Positions 53,735 through 64,000 of a DNA stretch of 64,000 nucleotides are shown here, piece after piece; positions within the stretch are counted from its first letter, which is position 1, and every line of letters begins with the position of its first letter. Made by a program: the position numbers and the translations under genes. The notes under the pieces are model-generated. The model made no database searches. It was not told where the DNA came from and saw nothing but the letters and a program-made list of their open reading frames with translations. Origin of the DNA: Rhizodiscina lignyota (taxonomy: Eukaryota); NCBI GenBank assembly GCA_010015805.1, contig ML978135.1, positions 62,001 through 126,000 on the forward strand. The letters run 5' to 3'.

Positions 53735-56700
53735 TCATTTCCACAAGCCGTTGTCGCCTCCAAATGAATCTTCCCAGCTTTCCTCTGCTGGTGTGCTAGC
53801 AGCTTTGATGTAAGATGTTTCCCATTGCTTCGAAGCAGATCCATATGCTCTAAAATCAGTGTAAGGAGCTGTTGTGGGCTTAGCTGAAGAGTGTGTGGTT
53901 GATGTATGAGGGGTTGTACTGGACGTCTTGTGTGTGGATGTCGTGTGAGAGGTAGAGGTTATTTGGGTAGATGAGGTTTTATGGGTGGATGTGCTGTGAG
54001 CGGATGTGCTCGTAGTTGGTTTGGAGCTGGAGCTCGTCGTGGGTTTAGAGCTCGTCGTTGGCTTAGAGCTCGTCGTTGGCTTAGAGCTAGTGGTTGGCTT
54101 AGAGCTGGTGGTCGGCTTGGAGCTCGTGGATGGTCCATGCGATGACGAGCTGTGCGAGCTTGTTGTGCAGGGGGTAGAGCTCGAGCCATGTGTAGACGTG
54201 GTAGTCGGCTTTGAGCTAGTAGTCGGCTTCGAGCTCGTTGTTGGTTTATAGCTACTGGTCGGCTTTGTACTTGAGTGAGAGCTTTGAGAAGAGCTATGCG
54301 AGCTAGTGATCGGCTTCGAGCTTGTCGTCGGCTTCGAGCTTGTCATCGGCTTCGAGCTTGTCGTCGGCTTCGAGCTTGTCGTCGGCTTCGAGCTTGTTAC
54401 AGGCCTCGAACTTGTTGTAGGCTTGGAACTTGTGTGCGAGTTTTGAGACGAGCTATGAGAACCAGTCGTACAAGGTGTCGAACTCGTGCTATGGCTTGAA
54501 CTTGTTTTTGAGCTCGTAGTTGGCTTCGAGCTCGTGGTTGGCTTCGAGCTCGAGCTATGTGTCAACGTAGTAGTCGGCTTAGAACTCGTCGTCAGCTTGG
54601 AGCCCGTCGCCTTAGAGCTAGTAGTAGGCTTGGAGCTAGTAGTAGGCTTGGAGCTNNNNNNNNNNNNNNNNNNNNNNNNNNNNNNNNNNNNNNNNNNNNN
54701 NNNNNNNNNNNNNNNNNNNNNNNNNNNNNNNNNNNNNNNNNNNNNNNNNNNNNNNGTAGGCTTGGAGCTTGTTGTAGGCTTGGAGCTTGTTGTAGGCTTG
54801 GAGCTCGTTGTAGGCTTGGAGCTCGTTGTAGGCTTGGTATTTAAGTGCGAGCTAGTCGTACAAGATGTAGAAGTCGTACTATGGCTCGAAGTTGGCTTCG
54901 AGCTCGTCGTAGGCTTCGAACTCATCGTAGGCTTCGAACTCGTCGTGGGCTTCGAGCTCGTGGTGGGCTTCGAGCTTGAGGATGAGCTGTGTGTGGAGGT
55001 CTTCGACGAAGTGCTGCTCGAACTCGTAGTTGAATGAGTTGAAGAAGTCGACTTAGACGTAGAGTTCGTGGGTTTTGCTGATGTACTCGTTGAACTCAAC
55101 GACGCCGACTTCGAAGAAGAACTGCTGGAATGTATACTAGAGCTCGACGTACTGGATGTGGTCGCCTTCGACGTAGAGCTTGGAGAATTCGTGGTGCTCG
55201 ACTTGGCTGACATGGAGCTCGAGGTGCTCGTCGTAGAAGGAGTCGAGCTCGTTGAGGAAGAAGACGAAGTAGTCGAGTGACTGCTAACCGATCGATACTC
55301 TGTAAACGCAGATGTACTTGTCGTCACAGGTGACACGGGGGTTGAGCTAGACATTGAACTCGACCGATATGGTGGCAGCGTCGGAGCGCTGGAGGTAAGC
55401 GATTTAGATGTGGATGTAGAGCTCGCACCTGTTGACGAAGTTTCAGTACATGAAGTCGATGATTTAGCGCTGCTGGCCGAAGAGGATGTTTGAGATGAAG
55501 TCAAGACTGCGGTTGTGGCACTGGAGCTGCTGTGCGAGCTTGGAGAACTACTAGACGCCGCCGTGGAGCTCGACACAGACTGTACCACAACCGAATCTGG
55601 TGTGGTGGACGTACTCTCCCCAGAGCTTGACGAGCTTGAAGACGCAAGCTGACTTGAATGTGTCGTACTGTAGCCAACCGGTGTGCTCGACGTAACAGGC
55701 GTGCTGCTCGATAAAGGAACGGTTTTTGTAGATGTGGCGATCGTACTTGTCACGACCTTGGTCGTTGTTTTCTTCGATTTGCAAGCACTTTTGCTCTTCT
55801 TCTTGGTGGAAAATGTCGTCGTGGCGCTGACCGGACTAACAGGGGTAGAGGATGTGGAAGGGGAAGCAGTGGAGCTGGAAGAAGTGGTAGAAAACTTACG
55901 GTCGCCATATCCACCATATCCACCATAGCTTGGCGGGGCCAGAGCGGTAGATGTGCTACTTGAAGTCGGCTTAGCGCTTGAGCTGCTCGTATATTCTGGC
56001 GGCGTAGACTTGGAGCTAGTGCTCGAGGGCTGTTTGCTACTTGAACTTCTGCTGTAGCTTGGAGGCTTGCTAGTGGTCGATATCTTTGCGCTGGAGCTCG
56101 AGCTAGACGATTGTGTAGGAAGCTTGCTACTGCTTGATGGCTTCACGCTAGAGCTAGATGAATAGCTAGGAGGCTTGCTGCTGCTTGAAGGCTTTGTGCT
56201 CGAGCTGGAACTGGATGAATGGCTAGCAGGTTTAAAGCTAGAGCTGGAACTTGACGAATAGTTAGGAGGCTTGCTGCTTGCGGGCTTAACGGTCGAGCTT
56301 GAGGAAGAGCTTGGTATCTTGCTGGTGCTCAAAGTCGATGATCCATAACTAGGCGGCTTTTGGGTCGATGAAGATGTGCCGTATGCAGGCGGCTTAGGGC
56401 TGGACGATGAGCCATAGCTAGGAGGTTTTGAAGTCGTACTATGCGAAGGAGGCTTGGTGTTAGTCGCCTGATATTCGGTGCAAGGCGTAGTTCTGACTAT
56501 AGGCGAGACGACAGTGACTGGATTATAGCTGCTCACTGGTGTAGGGTCGTGGTGACGAGGACCCTTAACGAGGATAGCTCCCCAGACGTCAGGCCTATTG
56601 TACTGAGGTTCACCAACGGAAGACTTGAGGTAGCAATTGGTCGGGCCAGGATTCCATGCAATCGCAACGCAGTCCTGGGTGGCCTGGCAGTGGTCAATAC

Positions 56701-56887
56701 AGGCCTCCAGATCCGGCTGAAGCGTGCTTGGGACATCTATGTCGCCATAGGCACGATTGATGTCGCACTCGACGACAAACTGGTCATCTCCGGCGGCAAT
56801 GAGAGTATTGTTGGCGGAAGGACAAGTGATCTTTGCGAGCGCAGCACCTCCGAAGAGGGCCGCCGCGAGGGCGAAAGTCGGATACAT
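53735..56887 (-). CDS. Secreted PAN/Apple-domain protein with a long Ser/Thr-rich mucin-like repeat region
   Basis: Signal peptide MYPTFALAAALFGGAALA, PAN-like motif CIDHC....CVAIAW....CYLK, about 900 aa Ser/Thr-rich. Spans a 100-N gap, so its length is uncertain. Confidence 0.85.
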   Translation of the reverse strand: MYPTFALAAALFGGAALAKITCPSANNTLIAAGDDQFVVECDINRAYGDIDVPSTLQPDLEACIDHCQATQDCVAIAWNPGPTNCYLKSSVGEPQYNRPDVWGAILVKGPRHHDPTPVSSYNPVTVVSPIVRTTPCTEYQATNTKPPSHSTTSKPPSYGSSSSPKPPAYGTSSSTQKPPSYGSSTLSTSKIPSSSSSSTVKPASSKPPNYSSSSSSSFKPASHSSSSSSSTKPSSSSKPPSYSSSSSVKPSSSSKLPTQSSSSSSSAKISTTSKPPSYSRSSSSKQPSSTSSKSTPPEYTSSSSAKPTSSSTSTALAPPSYGGYGGYGDRKFSTTSSSSTASPSTSSTPVSPVSATTTFSTKKKSKSACKSKKTTTKVVTSTIATSTKTVPLSSSTPVTSSTPVGYSTTHSSQLASSSSSSSGESTSTTPDSVVVQSVSSSTAASSSSPSSHSSSSATTAVLTSSQTSSSASSAKSSTSCTETSSTGASSTSTSKSLTSSAPTLPPYRSSSMSSSTPVSPVTTSTSAFTEYRSVSSHSTTSSSSSTSSTPSTTSTSSSMSAKSSTTNSPSSTSKATTSSTSSSSIHSSSSSSKSASLSSTSTSAKPTNSTSKSTSSTHSTTSSSSTSSKTSTHSSSSSSKPTTSSKPTTSSKPTMSSKPTTSSKPTSSHSTTSTSCTTSSHLNTKPTTSSKPTTSSKPTTSSKPTTSSKPXXXXXXXXXXXXXXXXXXXXXXXXXXXXXXXXXXSSKPTTSSKPTTSSKATGSKLTTSSKPTTTLTHSSSSKPTTSSKPTTSSKTSSSHSTSSTPCTTGSHSSSQNSHTSSKPTTSSRPVTSSKPTTSSKPTTSSKPMTSSKPTTSSKPITSSHSSSQSSHSSTKPTSSYKPTTSSKPTTSSKPTTTSTHGSSSTPCTTSSHSSSSHGPSTSSKPTTSSKPTTSSKPTTSSKPTTSSKPTTSSSSKPTTSTSAHSTSTHKTSSTQITSTSHTTSTHKTSSTTPHTSTTHSSAKPTTAPYTDFRAYGSASKQWETSYIKAASTPAEESWEDSFGGDNGLWK
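54010..54980 (-). repeat. Coding 18-bp minisatellite arrays (SSKPTT)n
   Basis: Runs of GGCTTNGAGCTNGTNGTN interrupted by STPCTTSSH-type spacers. Confidence 0.9.
54656..54755. other. Assembly gap (100 N)
   Basis: N run inside the SSKPTT array. Confidence 0.99.
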
Positions 56888-58031
56888 CGTCAAACAAGAA
56901 GGCAATTGAAGCTGGAGTACCAAGGAAAGGGAGCAAAGCTGAACCGGGCATTTTCAGATATACCTCGATACCGGGCTTTGAGCGTTGCGGAGAAATTAAG
57001 ATGGGGCTAGCACAGCCGCTGGGGCTGAAAGGTCGACAAAGGGATTGCGGCAGGATCGAGACCTCGAATAAAAGTTGGATGTGTGGGACAAAGGAGAGTA
57101 CAGATGGAGGAGACTCGATCAACGACAAGCGAATGAATGTGTGCCAGTGCGCTTTGCTGCTTGGACGTTGGTCGAATCTCGCCTATTAAGATGAATAGTA
57201 CCACTGTGCTGGAAAATATTACGCAGGTCAACCGAAATCCTGGGTCAAATGAATATTGCTGCGCTTGAGACAATCGTGACACTACTCACCGACAACACGA
57301 GATGGAATATGAGTAGTTGTGGAATAGGGAAATTGACGAGAACAGACAATGTTCGATGCATAGACGATGGAAAATAGCAGCAGTATACATGGAAGAGTGT
57401 GAAGCTGCAATTTGACTCGCGTAGCAGGTCCCACCGGGCGGATTTGAGGATTCGTGGCTTTGTCTGGGTGGTTTCGACGGAATGTTCTTTGTGGCGGCGC
57501 GAGGCTCCCATCTTTGGCGTCGACGGCGAGTCTACCTTCACACAAGGTGAATTCTACCTACGCATTGAGTCCTTGCTACATAGTATGGGCCTCGAGCAAG
57601 TGAAGAGAGCGACGAGAGAGTGTGTAGGGAGAGGAATGAGGACATCTACATCTAAAAATACGGTTCAATATGTATCGGGTGAAAGTAGGACCGAGGACGC
57701 GTCAGGGGAGCAACGCGAAACTGACGCGTTGCCCTTGTGCAAGTGCTTAAATCAGCAACGCTCAAACTCGGTCTTGTTATCATGGTTCCATTGTCGCTTG
57801 CTGGCATGCCTATGTTTTTATTATCATGTGTGTCAGTTACATATTCTCACACTAGAGATGCAAAGTTCAGGGATTTCTGAACTCATTATCAGTAGTTCCG
57901 TCGGTTTCTTTTGTCGTCTTTTAGAAGTAAAATTTTGAATCGCCGAACTCCTAACGATGTTCATGACGCATTGGTGCTAGATTCAGCTCACTGGTTTCCC
58001 GAATAATGTCGCCATCTGGGCAGACACAGCT

Positions 58032-58858
58032 TTACACTGCCAGTCTCCCTCCATCAACTGGGAAATTGACGCCCGTTACGAAAGATGCCTCCTCACTAAC
58101 GAGAAACACAGCAGCATTCGATATGTCTTGCACTTCGGACATTCGCCCTAAGGGCACCGATTTGGCAAACCTCTCTCGTTCCTCCGGTGTGTCTGCGGTG
58201 CCAGAGAAATGCTCCAACAGAGCCGTCGCACCTCGCAGTGGACACACAGAGTTGACTCGTATTCCATATGAACCCCATTCTGCGGCCAGCGCTTGAGTAA
58301 CCTGGGAGTCATCAGTACCTACGACTGTCAAGCAAGAGTAGTCAAGATGAAACGTACCACATTGACCCACCCCTTCGTACCGCCGTAAAACACCTGTCCG
58401 GGTCTCGTTCTGTATCCTGCTACTGAGCTGGTGTTCAAATAGCATCCGCTCTTCCTCTCAACGAAATACGGCATGATAACCGTCACGCTCAAGAAGATGC
58501 TCTTCATGTTCACCGCAACAACTTTATCGAACTCCGCCTCTGTGACCTCAATGCTGGGCTTCTTCCAGTACGTTGTCCCTGCGTTGTTCACCACAATGTC
58601 CAACTTGCCGAACTTGCTCTTCGACGCCTCGAGTGCCTCTTTCCATGCCGCCTCTTTCGTTACGTCCATCTTTAAGAAAACGGCCTTGCCTGGCACACCT
58701 GAGGATGCTATCTCGCTTTCCACCCGCTTGCCTCCATCTTCAGATATGTCGGCAATGATCACATGTGCGCCTTCTTTGGTGAAGGACTTCGCCATGCCTT
58801 CTCCGAAGCCGGAGCCAGCGCCTGTAATGAGGGCTACCTTGCCATCGAGTCGACCCAT
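58032..58858 (-). CDS. Classical short-chain dehydrogenase/reductase (FabG/TsaC-like)
   Basis: TGAGSGFG, VNNAG, YGGTK, IRVNSVCP and VDGG. Intron ~58302-58356. Confidence 0.92.
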
Positions 58859-59131
58859 GCTGAATGGATTAATAGGCAATATCCAAATATCAGTATCCTG
58901 CAAATAGTCACACAAGGCTCAAAGACAAAAAGTCATCAATGTTATAAAATTTGAACGGAGCGTTCCATGGAACTGCGTCCCCGACCTAGCGTCTCGTGAG
59001 GCGTCGAATGGTTCCTAAATGCGGCTATATCGGCCATGTTTCCGAGCATTAGCGGCCACCGATGTGGTTCACGGCGATTTAGTCGTGTCTTGAGCTCCCG
59101 TCTCATGCCAAACTGACAGTTGCTGGAATGT

Positions 59132-59275
59132 GCGGGGGCGGGGCACGGCGAATCCGCGGGAGCTTTGGGACGTCATTGTGCTGCACGAGTGTTGCGGCAT
59201 GTAAACTTCCGCGGATGCTGAGGGGTCAGGACCATTCTTCTGGATTGCGGAGCGCTGTCGGAGGTGAGTGCGGAG
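59132..59275 (+). promoter_or_regulatory. Four CreA/Mig1-type SYGGRG motifs in a divergent promoter
   Basis: GCGGGG at 59132 and 59138; GCGGAG at 59247 and 59270. Short motif, function inferred. Confidence 0.35.
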
Positions 59276-59315
59276 CTTAACATGCTCGGAAGCTTGATCT
59301 TTTGTCTTTGGCGAG

Positions 59316-61044
59316 ATGAATATAATCTCAAGACAGCTTCAGCTTTTTGCCAGTGGAGCGATAAAAACCGCCAGACAAACGACAAAGCTCGATAGTTTCA
59401 GATTTTTCTCAAATATGGCTGCCAATGGAACGAGTTCGGTTTTGAAGAAGGAGATCCCTTATAAGGTTCATTTATCCTCGAGCTTTGAGGTATGCACGTG
59501 CTGACAGAGTGCCTATTAGTTCAAAGATCCGTCTCTACTTGACACACGAGCATTTGTGGGCGGAGAATGGATCAATTCATCAACGGGGAAGACCTTCCCT
59601 GTGTTAGGTACGCCTTGCCATTGTCCATGTAACTAAACGCATTACTGAAGCCATCACAGACCCTGAAGATGACAAAGTCGCGGCCGAAGTAACAGACATG
59701 TCCCGCAAAGACGTCGCAGCCGCCATCGAAGCCGCACACGAGGCATTCCAGAGCTACAAGAAGATACCGCACCGCACACGCCGCTTCATGGTGCGCGCGT
59801 GGGCCGACGCCATCAAAGCCAACAGGGAAGATCTGGCAGCCATTTGCACGCTCGAGCTTGGCAAGCCGTACAGCGAATCTCTCGGCACGGTCAAATATGG
59901 CACGGACTACCTGGACTGGTTTGACGGTCTGATCGAGCGCCTGGGCGGCGAGACGATTCCAGCCGCCAAGCAGGACAACAGGGTCATAACGATCAGGCAA
60001 CCGCAGGGTGTCGTGGCCGCCATTACGCCGTGGAATTCGCCTATTGCGATGATTACGCGGAAGGTCGGCGCTGCCATCGCTGCTGGAAATACGGTAGTGT
60101 GCAAGCCTGCGCCGGAGACACCACTATGCGCGATTGCCTTGGCGAAGCTGTTCGAGCGCGCCGGTTTCCCGAAGGGAGTGCTAAACATTGTTCCATGTTC
60201 GGCAGAGAACACCCCAGAGTGTGGTGACGAGATGACCAGCTCGAAGTTTGTGAAGCATCTCAGTTTCACCGGCAGCACCCCAGTCGGGAAGTTGTTGAAC
60301 ACGGAATGTGCCAAGAGTCTGAAGAGGACAAGCATGGAATTGGGAGGCAATGCCCCATTCATCGTCTTCGAGGATGCGGATATGAAGAAGGCTGCCGACG
60401 GCTTGATTGCGAGTAAATTCAGGAGCTCGGGCCAGACATGCGTCTGTGCTAACAGAATTCTTGTGCACAAGGATGTGATAAACGACTTTAGGGATATGGT
60501 GCTGAAGAGGTTACCGGAAGTCCTGGTGAGCGGTTCAGTATGGGATAAGAAGACCAACTTTGGGCCGCTGTATTCGAGTAAAGGTGTCGAGAAGGTCAAG
60601 AGGCATCTCGAAGATTTCAAGAGCAAAGGCGCTACGATTCATGCTGGCTGGGAGGGAGGCAAGCTGGACTCGCCAAATATGATCCCACCAACGCTACTAG
60701 TACATTCACCTGAGTTTGCCGATCGAAAGGCGCTACAAGTGTCTACCGAGGAGACGTTTGGTCCGTTGGCGAGTCTGATGCCCTTCACCGAGGAGGCAGA
60801 AGCCATAAAATACGCGAACGAGATCAACGTCGGCCTTGCTTCGTATTTCTTCACCAAGGACCATTCGCGGATGTGGAGGGTGGCAGAAGCCCTCGAGACG
60901 GGCATGGTAGGCGTCCAGGTCGGCCTTGTGAGTGCTGTTGAGCAACCATTCGGAGGTATCAAGGAGAGCGGTATGGGCAGGGAAGGCGGCGGCAACTGCT
61001 TGGAAGAGTATACGGAGATCAAGTCGATTACTTTCGGGCTCTAA
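59316..61044 (+). CDS. Succinate-semialdehyde dehydrogenase-like NAD(P)+ aldehyde dehydrogenase
   Basis: ITPWNSP, KPAPETP, FTGST, MELGGNAP, SGQTCVC, EETFGP and PFGGIKESG. Introns ~59466-59519 and ~59609-59659. In-frame ATGs at 59316 and 59415. Confidence 0.92.
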
Positions 61045-61202
61045 ATCTATTTTGTTAACGTTACACCTTGCAAAGGCGACGCGTGGGCGTCTGATCTAGA
61101 CATGTATCTCTAAACAAAATCAACCACGCCTGTTGTGTTCTTCTGGTGGCGGTATCCGTTTGAGAGCGCCGGTACCAATTCATAATCCATTTCCGAAAGA
61201 GA

Positions 61203-61844
61203 TCAGACGAATGTGCGCATAGCAATCGGTCCATTAGCGACGTTTTCAGCCTTTTGATCAAGATGTTGCGGACCGAACGACATTGGTAGTAGTTCCTCCA
61301 GCTTCTTCACCATGAACTTGTTGTCCTTGTTGTGCATGAAGATGGGTGTGCCGCCCTAGCAGTGACTGTCAGCTTCCCGGTGTGTGAATCGACATAGCCT
61401 CTGTAGTTGACTGACTTCGCAAAACTCTCTCATAAATTGGCGGCACATGCCACATGGGCTGCAGAACATCTCAATGTCCGTAGCCACGCCAACTGCCTTC
61501 ACATCGCCATATCTCAAACCCTCTGCGACTGCAGTGCCAAACGCGCACCTCTCAGCACAAGTGCCCACCGGATATGCTGCGTTCTCGACGTTCACACCGG
61601 TGAAGACCTTGTTGGGCGCAGGCGACTCGTCTTTGAGGAGAATGGAACATCCGACTCGGAAGTTGGAGTATGGGCCTATTCTCCGCTATCGTCAGTATCG
61701 CTCTGTGGTCTCTTGGTAGAGGGCGGAAGGGTACACACAGTACGCTCTGGTTTTGGCATCAATGCATCCTTCGCTCAGCTTCTGGAGCTCGCTGAGAGTG
61801 AGTCCATACTGTTCGCATGCGAGAGCCCTGTCACTCTCGTCCAT
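61203..61844 (-). CDS. CDD1: Cytidine deaminase (homotetrameric type)
   Basis: AYCPYSNFRVG, NVENAAY, CAERCA, SPCGMCRQFMREF and ELLPMSFGP. Two introns. Confidence 0.93.
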
Positions 61845-62128
61845 CAATACGTATCAACGAGCGTTCTTCGGGGGTGCTGGTACCGGATTGTGTATGCTTC
61901 TGGGAGCTTTCTTAACGGCGACATGGGTTCATGCGGCTTAGTCAGCTGCTGCCGATGATGATCGATCTGAGACTCAAATTGTGATTTGTGAACTGGAGAA
62001 ACGAGTTCATTGTTTCTTGGAGCCAATATATGTGGAGTTTTCACATAGCAAGTGCGAATCGTGGGAAACGAACAGAAAGCTCCTTCACAGCTCGAACTCG
62101 GGCAACGCACTTTCCTGAATTTGCTACT

Positions 62129-63804
<1,676 letters not shown>

Positions 63805-64000
63805 ATTGAGAGCTGATTGGAGACCGAGAGACAATTTCCACTTACCTGAAAGGAATTGGACCTGGTTTGCTTTATGTAGGAACTGCCGTTCCCTCGGTAT
63901 TAGAGGGTCCGGGCTACTTTTTTTGTGCCTTGATGGTATTATGCTAAAAGCATTTGAGGAGTCATGTCGTAAGGTCCTATTCAGAATCAGGAAGCCAAGC

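Noticed and set aside
53990..55000. Repeat-spacer-like pattern resembling CRISPR
   Set aside because: Eukaryotic coding minisatellite with codon-position variation; no unique spacers or cas genes.
54006..55280. Plus-strand ORFs with LELVVG repeats
   Set aside because: Antisense reading of the SSKPTT coding repeat.

Overview
Gene-dense, intron-containing DNA from a filamentous ascomycete (Pezizomycotina; Dothideomycete-like by impression only). Left part (1-24 kb): conserved housekeeping genes, including three mitochondrial protein-quality-control genes within 21 kb (SSC1 mtHsp70, PIM1 Lon, MDJ1 DnaJ), plus a LaeA-like methyltransferase, a GDSL/CE16 esterase, SAP30, HNT2 and a STEEP1-like gene. 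Middle part (~24-52 kb): an accessory-looking block with three transcription factors, SDR, O-methyltransferase, FAD oxidoreductase, isochorismatase, MFS transporters, several damaged genes, a complete RIP-destroyed Fot1/pogo transposon next to a TF start codon, and an unexplained 47-48 bp direct repeat bracketing about 8.2 kb. Right part: a PHD-like protein, a PAN-domain Ser/Thr-rich repeat protein spanning a 100-N gap, a divergent SDR/aldehyde dehydrogenase pair, cytidine deaminase and a carboxylesterase. No tRNA, rRNA or CRISPR was seen. Exon boundaries and family calls were read by eye, without database searches.
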